Assembly (NCBI GenBank): GCA_964016885.1
Contig: OZ024745.1
Span: 132,060,001 to 132,124,000, forward strand
From: Eledone cirrhosa
Lineage: Eukaryota
Length of the DNA: 64,000 nucleotides
Direction of reading: 5' to 3'
The stretch's first letter is position 1; every line of letters begins with the position of its first letter. Shown piece after piece: positions 1-12,066 of this stretch. A program made the translations under genes and the position numbers. A model generated the notes under the pieces. That model searched no databases. It was not told the DNA's origin and saw only the letters and a program-made list of their open reading frames with translations.

Positions 1-139
1 GAGAAGGATAGAGAGTCAGAGAACAGAAGTGAAAAAGAGATATAGAGAACAAATTGACCACAGTAGTGGACTGGTACCTTTTTTATTGACCTGGAATGGA
101 TGAAAGGCAAAGTTGACCTCGAAGTATAAGTATGATGCA

Positions 140-320
140 TTGGCTGTATCGGTAGAGAGTCGGACGCCATGCTTTCCAGCATGGTTACGTCCCTTTACAG
201 TCTGAGTTCAAATCCCGTCAAGGTTAACTTTGCCTTTCATCCTTACGGGGTTGATAAAATAAAGTACCAGTAATACACTGGGATAATTGCTGGCCTTGTG
301 CCAAAAGTAGAAACAATTAT
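140..320 (+). mobile_element. tRNA-derived SINE, family B (Nin/Deu-like central domain)
   Basis: A-box-like TGGCTGTATCGG and B-box GAGTTCAAATCC, then GCCTTTCATCCTTACGGGGTTGATAAAATAAAGTACCAG and tail GCTGGCCTTGTGCCAAAAGTAGAAACAATT. About 9 related copies occur in this window. Confidence 0.8.
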
Positions 321-744
321 TTTGAAAATAGATGTATTCTTGCAATGGGGTAGTGTATATGTGTGTACAGTAGGGGAATATGGCTGAAGTTGGGGGATAC
401 CTTTGCACAATGGGTTTAACTTGGAAAGGATCATTACACACTATGATGGTCATTAAACCTGTAAGAAATAGGAAATATATCACATCCTACCATTTTAAAT
501 AAGAAAAGGAGACTTTAAATGGTGTAATCCTTAAATGGTGTAATCCTTTCATCATAGGTTTATACATTCAGGGTTTAATTATGGCTAAATAAAAACAGTA
601 ACAACAATGAACTTGCAATGAGACAAAAACTCACTCTAGACATATTTCATGTCTATAAACAACAATTTAAAAAAAAGATCAGCTAAACCAAATTTTTAGA
701 AAAGAAAGACAATGTAGTTAAGAATGGAACTTGTATATATATAT

Positions 745-794
745 ATGGACGGTGTAATATATATATATATATATATATATATTACACCGTCCAT
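745..794. repeat. Perfect palindrome with (AT)n centre
   Basis: ATGGACGGTGTAAT-(AT)n-ATTACACCGTCCAT. Confidence 0.95.
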
Positions 795-1254
795 TATCAA
801 ACCCCTAGATTCCTATCATTTTCTCTTGATCATTAACATCTTCTCTTACAACTAATACATGCTGACTATATATACTCACTTCACTTTTTCCTTCACTGCT
901 CTCTATACACACATATACACTCTTATATTAACATACTTTTGTTCATAGCTTGATACTTTCATACACGCACACTCTTTTACTCACATATACACACACATTT
1001 CTTCTTAGCTTCATACAGACATATAATAACACACACAAATACACACACACACATGTTTACGCATGGGCACAAGTATATCTCTTTTTACAAAACGTTTTTT
1101 TTTCCATTTCAGGTAGACATACTCCATCATCCACTTTTCTAAAAAATAAATCATACACAAAACGCCAGCACTAACAGTTCTCCAAGAGATGTCAACATGA
1201 ATGGACCTGTTATTTTTATCTAAAGACATTTTTTCCAATTCCAACCTGCCCATC

Positions 1255-1787
<533 letters not shown>

Positions 1788-1795
1788 TCATATAT

Positions 1796-2125
1796 GAAGG
1801 CGCATGGCTTAGTGGTTAGAGCATCGGCCTTGCAATCGAAAGGTTGTGAGTTCAATTCTCAGACCGGGTGATGTGTGTTTCCTTGAGCAAGACACTTTAT
1901 TTCACATTGCTCCAGTTTACTCAGCTGTAGAAATGAGATGATAGGACTGGGGTCCCTATCATTCCACTGCAAAGTGGTCGTGGAGGTGCCATGGCAAAAA
2001 AGCACCCAGCACTCACTGTAAATGAGGCTGGTGTTAGGAAGGGCATCCAGCTGTAGAAATCAAGCCAGAATCAGTTCCCGTCCCACCCTTGCAAGCAGGG
2101 AAAAGCAGACGTAAAATGATGATGA
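1796..2125 (+). mobile_element. tRNA-derived CORE-like SINE, family A, with RTE-type tail and (ATG)n end
   Basis: A-box TGGCTTAGTGG, B-box GAGTTCAATTC, CORE-like CCTTGAGCAAGACACTTTATTTCACATTGCTCCAG, tail GGTGTTAGGAAGGGCATCCAGC shared with the RTE 3' UTR. Near-identical copies at 8751, 14395 and 40769. Confidence 0.85.
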
Positions 2126-2130
2126 TATAT

Positions 2131-2166
<36 letters not shown>

Positions 2167-2167
<1 letters not shown>

Positions 2168-3238
2168 GCGTTAACGTTGGTGTTCATCAGGGCTCCGTTC
2201 TTAGCCCCCTACTATTTATTATTGCCCTTCAGGCTATAACAGAGGAGTTCAAGACCGGCTGCCCATGGGAACTCCTATATGCAGATGATCTAACGCTCAT
2301 AGCTGAATCAATGGCTGAACTAGAGAAGAAATTCCAAACATGGAAGCATGGCCTAGAATCAAAAGGCCTTAAAGTTAACTTGTCTAAGACTAAAGTTCTA
2401 GTTTGTAGGAAGGAAAATAGGGCACCAGTCCCATCTGGGAAATGGCCATGCTTAGTGTGTAGGAAAGGAGTAGGCAGAAACTCCATTTTATGTCCCAAAT
2501 GCAAAGTATGGGTGCATAAAAGATGTAGTGGGATCAAAGGTAAGCTAACTAAGAATATAGATTCTATATGTGGCCGGTGCTCTGGTGCAATAAGTAACAG
2601 CAAGTGCCCACAGAATACTAGTTCATTCCATTGCACAGATGGTTCTATAGAAATAGTGGACACCTTCCGTTACCTGGGTGACAAAATCAGCAGTGGGGGA
2701 GGGTGCTCCGAAAGTACAGTAGCTAGAGTCAGAACGGGATGGAAAAAGTTCAGAGAGCTTATACCACTATTGGCCGCTAAAGGGTTCTCTCTAAAAATGA
2801 AAGGCAGGCTGTATGATGCCTGCATACGAACAGCAATGTTACATGGCAGTGAGACCTGGGCATTGTGTGCAGAGGATATATGCAGACTGGAGAGAAACGA
2901 AGCTTGCATGCTCCGCTGGATGTCTAATAGTAATGTACCTGAACGGCAAAGCATAAACGAACTAAGGGAGAAATTAGGAATAAGAGGGATCAGATATTGT
3001 TTTCTCGAGAGAAGACTACGTTGGTACGGTTACGTGATGCGCATGAAAGACAACTGACAGCTGTATAAAAAAGTGCAAGGCGATGAAAATAGACGGTAGC
3101 CAGGGAGTAGGCAGACCCAGAAAAACCTGGGACGACTTGATAAATTCCGACCTCACACACTTACACTTCTCCAAGACAATGTCACTGGACCGAGATCTTT
3201 GGCGCTACACAGTCATACACAAGACTCGCCTTGCCTAA
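2167..3238 (+). pseudogene. RTE reverse transcriptase C-terminal fragment with inserted PHD-type finger; frameshift near 3055
   Basis: GVHQGSVLSPLLF, LLYADDL, KVNLSKTKV, FRYLG, MLHGSETW, RRLRWYGYVMR; after the frameshift GRPRKTW...DRDLWR, stop at 3236-3238. Confidence 0.92.
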
Positions 3239-3627
3239 GTACAAAGCGAAAACTACAGTCAGTAGGCACCTCTAACAAAATACCCCCCACCCGTCTCACT
3301 ACCCACACCCCATCCACACCACCCCTTAAATGTGAAGTTATGTTGGTTCCACAACATCCAGTCCGAAACAAATGAGGTCGTGTAGGTGTCACGACAAAAA
3401 AAAACACACAGTCCACGCTGTAATGTGGCCGTGTAGGTAACACGGTAAAAACCTTCCAGTCCACACTGTAAATGTGGTTGGTGTTAGGAAGGGCATCCAG
3501 CCGTAGAAAACCCGCCAGACAGTCCTATACGAGCAGGACAACAAATCTTGCCTCAAGTGGGAAACTTCCCGTCCAAACCCATGCAAGCGTGGAAGATGGA
3601 CATTAAATGATGATGATGATGATGATG

Positions 3628-3628
<1 letters not shown>
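2167..3628 (+). mobile_element. 5'-truncated RTE-clade LINE with 3' UTR and (ATG)n tail, inserted in (TA)n
   Basis: RT C-terminal half followed by a 3' UTR ending GGAAGATGGACATTAA(ATG)n; (TA)n on both sides. Confidence 0.9.
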
Positions 3629-3685
<57 letters not shown>

Positions 3686-3733
3686 CCATATATATATATA
3701 TATATATATATATACCATATATATATGTATGTC

Positions 3734-3885
3734 TGTAAAAGGTAAACAGAAATAACAACACAATCGGTACAGTATATGGAAGGGATATATTAGCTTAACG
3801 CTTGATATAGCAGGAAGAGGGTCTTAACGTTTTGGACGCTAGTCCTTCATCTGAAGAAAGAATGAGAAATAAGATAGATTGAGGA
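3734..3885 (-). mobile_element. Inverted copy of the 1255-1407 pLTR; hammerhead core mutated
   Basis: Reverse complement of 1255-1407. The hammerhead at 3822-3857 reads CAGATGA...AAAAC instead of CTGATGA...GAAAC. Confidence 0.85.
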
Positions 3886-3904
3886 TATATATAGATAGAT
3901 ATAG

Positions 3905-4050
3905 AAGTGGATCAGCAGTATTGGTAGAGGGTCATATAACATGCTTTGAGGTATAGAGTTATGTCTCTTTACATTCTGAGTTCAAATCCCACCCAGGTTA
4001 GCTTTGCCTTTCATCCTTACTGGGTCGATAAAATAAAATACCAGTAATGC
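3905..4050 (+). mobile_element. SINE family B, 3'-truncated
   Basis: CTGAGTTCAAATCCC...GCCTTTCATCCTTACTGGGTCGATAAAATAAAATACCAG. Confidence 0.75.
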
Positions 4051-4077
4051 ACATATATATATGTATATATGCACTAA

Positions 4078-4360
4078 AGGCTAAAGTATGTCTTAAGCCA
4101 GAAGGCTCATTTGGCCAGTGCTTATCTCGGTTTCATGGTGTGAAGTGACTGAGAGTACAAGACTCTCCCCCCTGGACAGGGCACCAGTCCATCGCAGGGT
4201 TAAACTTCCAGCTATTGCTGGTACTCATTTTCAGTTGAGTATACTGGAGCAATGTGAAATGAAGTGTTTTGCTCAAGAACACAACACACAACCCAGGAAT
4301 TGAACCCACAACATTATGATCGTAAGTCCAACACCCTTTCCACTAGGCCACGGGCCTCCA
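4078..4360 (-). mobile_element. CORE-like tRNA-derived SINE with a different 3' part
   Basis: Minus strand: GGAGGCCCGTGGCCTAGTGG...GGGTTCAATTCC...TCTTGAGCAAAACACTTCATTTCACATTGCTCCAG. A related fragment lies at ~10770-10900. Confidence 0.75.
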
Positions 4361-5289
4361 CGTATATATGCACATATACAAACATATATATACATATATA
4401 TATCTATATATATATGTATATATAAGTAGAAGGAAGCAGTGATACTGATTACAAGTAACAACGATAGAAGTGAGGGAAGATACTTGAGGGGAACAGTTAA
4501 TACACATAGTAGAATCTCACATATGTGATATAGTGAGATAAGTATTTCGTAATGCAAATTATCCTTCCTTCTAGGTGTGTTAAACATTTAGATACAATAA
4601 GCAAGGAACATATCTCCAATAATATCAGCTAATGCAAATTCCTGGAAATTGAAGACTACATATGAGATTACCTTAAAGAAATATTCTACATGCTAAACAC
4701 ATATACATTAGAATCTCATTTATATAATATAGTGAGATGAAAAACTTCTCTTCTGAAGAGATTTAACATGATCAAAACAAGCTACTCTCAGATCTCAAAT
4801 AATTGTGTGTCGCTGCTTATTAGATTTTGCTCTTCTATCTCTGGCAAAGTTTTATTTTAAGTGGTAGCATCTGTGTGATAATTAATTTTCTTTAGACATT
4901 AAAAAATATTATACATGACAATAAAGTACCTTACTAGAAACCCCATATGTTATAAAATAAATAGGACAGGTCGGGGTCTCAATATGTAAACTAAATGACT
5001 AATTCTGGATTTAAAAAAACAAGGGAGACAACCTAGAAAAATTACCAATTCTCCCACCCCCTATTATTTTGGACCCAAGAGTAATTGCTTTCACCAGTTG
5101 GCTTTAAAGATGAAATGCTCCCCTAAGTACATTGTCTTTATTAAAAAAAATTAGATTGATATTTTTTTTGGTTATTATCCTTTCTTGTTATTTTCAGATT
5201 TTAACCACACCTAGAAGGAATTTGGTTTTGTATTGCATAGGTAATCTTTGTTAATCAAAGTTTTTCAACTCACTGTACTACATAATTAT

Positions 5290-6262
5290 AACCCTTCATA
5301 GCTGAATCTATGGTGGAACAAGAAAAGAAATTCCAACCATGGAAGCAGAGCCTAGAAAGAAGGGGTCATAAAGTCTACCAGACAAAGACTAATGCCCTAG
5401 TATGTAGAAAAGAAAACAGAACCCAGATCCCCTCAGAGAAATGGCCTTGCTCAGTATGTAGGGAAGGTGTAGGTAGAAATTCCGTCCTCTGCCCCAAATG
5501 CAAACTATGGGTACACAAGATTTGTAGTGGGATCTCAGGAAATTTAGCTAGGAATGTAGGCTTTACATGTAGTGGTTGCACCGAGATAGTAAATAGCAAA
5601 CGACCACAGGAAACAAGCACCCCCAAATTCTAGGAGGGCCCGGTAAAAAACAATAGAGAGCTTCTGCTACCTGGGTGATTGAATTAGCAGCGGAGTTCTG
5701 ACAGTACAGTAGCCAGAATGGGAATGGGATGGAAGAAGTTAAGGGAACTATTACTACTGCTGGCTACACAGGGCTTTTCCCTTAAAATGAAAGGCAGAGT
5801 GTATGATGCATGCATACAAACAGCAATTAGTGAGACCTGGTCGCTGTGTGGAGAAGACTTGTGTAGATGGGAAAGAAATGAAGCTTGCATGCTCTGATAG
5901 ATGTGTAATAGTAATATATGTGAATGGTAAAGTATAAATGAATTGAGAGAGAGACTAGGAATAAGAGGAGTCAAATGCTGTGTGCAGGAGAGGAGATTAC
6001 ATTGGTATGGACATGTGATGGGTATGAAGGATGACAGCTGCATAAAAAGGTGGAGAGCACTAAAAGTTGATGGAAGCCTTGGAGTGGGGAGACCCAAGAA
6101 GACCTGGGATGAGGTGATAAAAGCAGACCTTGCTCAATTGCACCTCTCAAAGGCGATGACACAGGACTGAGATCTTTGGCATTACGCAGTAATACAGAAG
6201 ACCTGACTCCCCATGGGCAATAGCTGAAGTACAAATATACAGTATATATCATCATCATCATC
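5290..6262 (+). pseudogene. Degenerate RTE RT C-terminal fragment, same family as 2167-3238
   Basis: KWPCSVCREGVGRNSVLCPKCKLWVHKIC...CSGC, RRLHWYGHVM, GRPKKTWDEVIK; multiple stops and frameshifts. Confidence 0.88.
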
Positions 6263-7290
6263 ATTTTATGTTCATTTTCCTTGCTCACATGGGCTGGACA
6301 GGTTGTAATGATCTGGGACAAGTCTAGTAACTAAGTCTTATTCATATCTTCCTTCTGGTTACAGTGGCTGGATGTCTTTCCTTATTTAAACCAATTTTCA
6401 GAGTACTTGGGTGCATGTTAATCTGACACCAGCACTAAAGAGATTGTCCTGTGTTTAGCAAAACTAAAATGTTCTCTCAACCCTATATTATTTCTGTTCA
6501 ATTGCCAACCACTGGGTTACTGCAAACGTTACATCTTAACCCCAATACTATAAATGTGTTCTACCTACTACAAGCTAAAAAGTATAAGCACTAAACATAA
6601 ATGTAGTGAGAGATCAAAGGATGTTTAGTGCTTATACTAGTGTGTGGGTCTTTTCTATAATGGCAAGCTATTAGTCATCATGATCGTATGTCCACATGTG
6701 TATGTGTGTATTAGCAAAAGTAAGCTTGGAACTCTCATTCCAAATCTAGTATGTATTGTCCTGCAATCTAATAGATACTTGTATCTATATTCTCTGATAA
6801 GTTGGCATACTATGTCAATCCAATTATCACATTAAGGTTTGGCTAACTTTTCCAGTTTAACAAGATCTTTTGCGTGGAAAAAGCAACTTGATGGAGTTGA
6901 GGCAGTTATAGTAAAACTAAGTAAGAGACCTCAAATAGGAAGCAACCCGAGACAATGGCAGCTAACTTACAAGATATAAAGTTGAAATAGTTATATTTAC
7001 AGTTATATATATAATTCTGGAGATCTAACAACATTATTCATATTTTCAATTTTGTTTCAGTTTAAATGTTCAAACAATTTATAGTTAAAATTAACTACAT
7101 GTAGTCCATAAATTACACAAGCAGTTGTCTTTCAGAAGAATTATTATGTAATACTCATTCTAAATTTATTGGCCACAGATCATCAATACTTCATTCATGT
7201 TTTTTGAAGCTAGATTTCAAATATAATCTAACAATGTAAAGTTTTAATTTTTCCCTTACTATTTATATTTATATGAATGTCTACCAGTCT

Positions 7291-7540
7291 ATGTATGTAT
7301 GTATGTATGTATGTATGTATGTATGTATGTATGTATGTATGTATGTATGTATGTATGTATGTATGTATGTATGTATGTTTGTATGTATGTATGTATGTAT
7401 GTATGTATGTATGTATGTATGTGTGTATGTATGTATGTATGTATGTATGTATGTATGTATGTGTGTATGTATGTATGTATGTATGTAGGTATGTTTGTAT
7501 GTATGTGTGTACGTATGTATGTATGTATGTATGTATGTAT
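7291..7540. repeat. (TATG)n microsatellite
   Basis: Direct inspection. Confidence 0.99.
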
Positions 7541-7779
7541 ATTCTTCTGGTTATATAATTTCACAAATGTTTACCAATAGAGAGTTGGTTTCTTACATAG
7601 ACACAAGACTCTCTCATTGGAATTTACACAACATCAACTAGGTAGGTATGTCTGCATGTCTGCTTGTGTAGATATGGATGTTATTGTATGGGTGGATGTG
7701 TATGCTTTGAGTTGTATGTGTGCATGTGTATATGCTTAGTATCTGTACATGTGTATATGCAGTTATTAGATGCAAAATT

Positions 7780-8205
7780 TGACAGTTTGGGGAGTACACA
7801 ACTCTATCCAACATGTTCTAAGTACAGCCTGACAGTTTGGGGAGTACACAACTCTATACAACATGTTCTAAGTACAGTCTGACGGTTTGAGAAGTACACA
7901 ATTCTATCCAACATGTTCGAAGTACAGTCTGACGGTTTGGGGAGTACATATTTCTATCCAACATGTTCCAAGTACAGTCTGACAGTTTGAGGAGTACACA
8001 ATTCTATCCAATATGTTCCAAGTACAGTCTGACAGTTTGAGGAGTACACAATTCTATCCAATATGTTCCAAGTACAGTCTGACAGTTTGGGGAGTACACA
8101 ATTCTATCCAACTGGTTTGAAGTACAGTCTGACGGTTTGGGTGGTACACAATTCTATCCAACTGGTTCGAAGTGCAGTCTGACAGTTTCAAGAGTACGCA
8201 ATTCT
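7780..8205. repeat. 50-bp minisatellite, ~8.5 copies
   Basis: Unit GACAGTTTGGGGAGTACACAATTCTATCCAACATGTTCCAAGTACAGTCT starting at 7781, 7831, ... 8181. Confidence 0.97.
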
Positions 8206-8469
8206 TTCGTCAAAATAGAAATTTGTAAACTACTGTTCTTTGTTCACTTACCTACACACATAGGGAAATAAACAAGAGACGACAATATATTGATAGTGCT
8301 GGTATTAGATAAGCTGTTCTTACTGGCATTTATTTTACATTGAAACGAAGTGGCTGGTGTGTTTTAGGATTGAGTCCTCTTGGACTAACGGGCCTTGTAG
8401 TAGGTTACAAACAGCCTAGTACTTGTACAATGTCATATTAACTCATCTTTTTTTTCTCTTTCTCTGTAC

Positions 8470-8530
<61 letters not shown>

Positions 8531-8688
8531 ACTAGCTATGCGTGGTTACACGCTTGTAAAAATTATCTCCTGTGATTATTCATGTATATATATATGTTAA
8601 TCAATTTCTAGTTATTATAAAATGCTCGGACCTATCTTTGAGCTTATTTCCAGGCGATATGGCGCAAGCAGGGAAAAGTGGACGTAAA

Positions 8689-8720
<32 letters not shown>

Positions 8721-8750
8721 ATATATATATATATATATGATATATGATAT

Positions 8751-9073
8751 GGAGGCACATGGTTTGGTGGTTAGAGCATTGGGCTTGCAATCGAAAGGTT
8801 GTGAATTCAATTCTCAGACCGGGTGATGTGTTGTTTCCTTGAGCAAGACACTTTATTTCACATTGCTCCAGTTTACTCAGCTGTAGGAATGAGATAATAG
8901 GGACTGGGGTCCATATCATTCCACTGTAAAGTGGTCGTGGAGGTGCCACGGCAAAAGATCACCCAGCACTCACTGTAAATGAGGTTGGTGTTAGGAAGGG
9001 TATCCAGCTGTAGAAATGAAGCCAGAATCAATTCCCATCCTAACCTTGCAAGCAGGGAAAAACGAACGTAAAA

Positions 9074-9104
<31 letters not shown>
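8751..9104 (+). mobile_element. SINE family A
   Basis: Near-identical to 1796-2125; (ATG)n tail. Confidence 0.88.
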
Positions 9105-9105
<1 letters not shown>

Positions 9106-9400
9106 ACATGGTAGATAGCTGAGTTTATGTTCATAAATATGTAGGTATGAATGTAAGAATGTTTGAATGTATGTATATATATATATTCTGCTTATATATA
9201 TATATTTATATATATATAAATTTATCAAACACTCTCTGTATGTAATAATATATACATACACATGCACACATACAGATTTGCATGCACACATACACACATA
9301 TATTACACAAGTACATACACACATGCATATATATATAAATAATGATTGATTGATACATTCATATATAAATCCATGTATATGTATGTATATATATATATAT

Positions 9401-9474
<74 letters not shown>

Positions 9475-9559
9475 ATATATGTATATATATATATATATAT
9501 ATACACATAGAGAGCGAGAAAGAGATTCATGTGCATACATATATACTGAAACTTTTATT

Positions 9560-10030
9560 GGAAAATTCAGAAAGGTTCAGTTGATGTCAAAGGAAATCAA
9601 AACTCTAATATATTCACTAAATCATCTTGATTTAATATGGCTAGCAGAAGAATTATATCTGAAATGTTAACATGGAATTCTTAATGCTATAATTCTTGAG
9701 TTGGAGCATTAAAATTGCTGATGACATCTTTCTTTACAAGGTTTTTGATAAGCATAGCAAATTTTCATTTCCCATCACCAGAATACAAGAATACAGTGGA
9801 AACAATTTGTACTTTATTTTCTATGGATCCATAATGTCTGACTTTGTAGGAATTGTTGGTGCCATTCTTTCATATGAAAATTTCTTACCTCAAGCAGAAG
9901 ATCTCTTTCATAGAATTATAAAAGAAGAAATATATAGAAAATACTTTCTTTGTTGCATCATAAAACAATCAATACTTTTGGACCATTTAAAGTATTTTGA
10001 AAAATCTATTTTTGAACTTATAGAATGGTG
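9560..10030 (+). pseudogene. Degenerate Penelope-like (Naiad-type) RT C-terminal/thumb fragment
   Basis: YKVFDKHSKFSFPITRIQEYSGNN...FYGSIMSDFVGIVGA...YENF resembles the YDKRDDFxFxIxxFPxxSSNIP..xYGxxxSQxxRxxRA motif of C-terminal-RT PLEs. Confidence 0.55.
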
Positions 10031-10348
10031 TTCAAATGTATTTTCATGGCAACTAATAATTAATTATGCAATACACCACACATATGAAGTAACCCATTGT
10101 AAGTAAGGTGTAAACATATTTGGTATTGCTGTGAGGATTTGGAAAAAGTGGGATATGGTTAAAATCCTATGGAAAAAAATCAACAACATTAAAGATAAAC
10201 AGTATTTGAACTAAGATAATTTAAATTTTGTATTAGAACCATCTTTGGATAAACTGGTTCACACTGTTTTGCTGGCTATTTGTCTAGATGGCATAATCAT
10301 ATTCTTCAATACAGATTGGGATGTGGCTTGAATAAAAACTGACTTCAA

Positions 10349-10601
10349 CAGTTGTTCCCAAACTTATTCTCTTACAGAACTCTTCTGCAATTTTTTGGAA
10401 AATCACAGAACCCATATTTATATATTTTCTAGACAAACTCCCACTACTCGCATTTTATTAAGATATTAAATGAAGCAAAAATTATCTTAGTGAGAGAATT
10501 TATTCATATAAAAAAATCATAGAATATATTTATTAAATTCTATCATACCCAGAATATCTTTGTGGAACATGCGAGTTTCTTGGAACTTTTTGGAAAGACT
10601 G
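10349..10601. mobile_element. Possible hAT-type MITE
   Basis: Ends CAGTTGTTCCCAAAC ... TTTGGAAAGACTG resemble hAT/Charlie TIRs; no 8-bp TSD is recognisable. Confidence 0.4.
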
Positions 10602-10970
10602 GATGAGAGATAAAATCACACCACTTGTATTTAAACATGCTTATTCTAACTGATAAGAAGTGGTCAACACCTGGACAGCATGGATTTCAATTATCATTAG
10701 AAAAAAAAACAATAAAAATTACAATTATTCAGTTGTTGATTATAATGTCTCATTAACTGTCTGTCTCGAGCCTGGAGGCTCTTCAGGTTGGTGCTTATTT
10801 TGGTTTCTGTGGCATGATGGAACTGAAGATGCCAGTCCATTGTAGGGTTAAACCCCCAGATATTGCTGGTGCTCATTTTCAGCTGAGTATACCGGAGCAA
10901 CACATTTTATTCAAAATACTTTTTGTAAGACTAAATATATTTACACACACACAAAGGATTAAAATAATAA

Positions 10971-11066
10971 TTGTTTCTACTTTAGGCACAAGGCCAGCAA
11001 TTACCCAGTACATTACTGGTACTTTATTTTATCGACCCCGTAAGGATGAAAGGCAAAGTTAACCTC
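10971..11066 (-). mobile_element. 5'-truncated SINE family B with target-site duplication
   Basis: Flanked by GGATTAAAATAATAA at 10956-10970 and 11067-11081, with a further copy at 11085-11099. Confidence 0.8.
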
Positions 11067-11439
11067 GGATTAAAATAATAATAAGGATTAAAATAATAAT
11101 AAATGAGGAAAAGATTTACTTTGGTATATCTACTCTTTTTAAACAAGAAAGATAAAAGATTTATTTTGCTATTTTACAACATTACTCTAGTTTTATCCTC
11201 ATCATTATTAAGGATATATCCTCTAATTGTTTTGATGCTGTATAATTCTCAAGTATTGCCATTTTTGTCATTCATACAGCATCTAATCCGAAGGTTGTAA
11301 ACTTTAGCATCCAAATATCCCTTTGTCTATTTTTACAATGTGTATATCATCTTTGAATAAATGCATAGAACTTACATACATTTATAATGTATTCCTTTCA
11401 AACATGGCAAAGTGAACATAAAAGTGATGATGATAATGA

Positions 11440-11720
11440 TCATGAGGATAAAATGCTATTTAATGTTTCATGGAAATACACCAGCAGAGAATTGTATGAG
11501 CAGCTTCCACCAGTATCAAAAAAGATAAGAAACATTGAGAAGAATGACACTTGAATGTCACTGTGTCACCATGAGGGGATAGTAAATTATCTTGTTCTGT
11601 GTAAAAGATAGATACACACGGTTTAAAAGAATAGGAATTACATTGATAGCCTGCTGGAAGATATCAGAGAGGCTTGTGTAGCAGAGCTGAGAATGTACAA
11701 TACTGCTGCTGATGATGGTA
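11440..11720 (+). pseudogene. Old RTE-like LINE C-terminal relic from a different family
   Basis: NVSWK..SRELYEQLPPVSKKIR...CHCV...YIDSLLED, matching the RTE C-terminal pattern; frameshifted. Confidence 0.5.
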
Positions 11721-11876
11721 GAGGTGGTTATGCCTGGACAGTTGTCTTTTTATGGCCTTTATCAAGTGGACATTTTGTTAACTAGAAACTTTTTCAAAAT
11801 GCTGATGTGTGCAAACACAGACACACAGATATACATGTTAGACACTGTGAATGATAGACACTGTTTTCTATAGTTT

Positions 11877-12066
11877 GTCATCACCCCTTCCTTCCTCAGT
11901 CATCTCTAGTGTGTGACGTCATCACCCCTTCCTTCCTCAGTCATCTCTACTACATGATGTCATCACCTCTTCCTTCCTCAGTCATCTCTACTGAGTGACG
12001 TCATCACCCCTTCCTTCCTCAGTCATTTCTACTGTGTGACGTCATCACCCCTTCCTTCCTCAGTCA
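11877..12066. repeat. 41-bp minisatellite, ~4.6 copies
   Basis: Unit GTCATCACCCCTTCCTTCCTCAGTCATCTCTACTGTGTGAC. Confidence 0.95.

Noticed and set aside
1796-1870. tRNA gene (also at 8751, 14395, 40769)
   Set aside because: A/B boxes are present but there is no proper acceptor stem or poly-T terminator; the sequence continues into CORE and LINE tail, so it is a SINE head.
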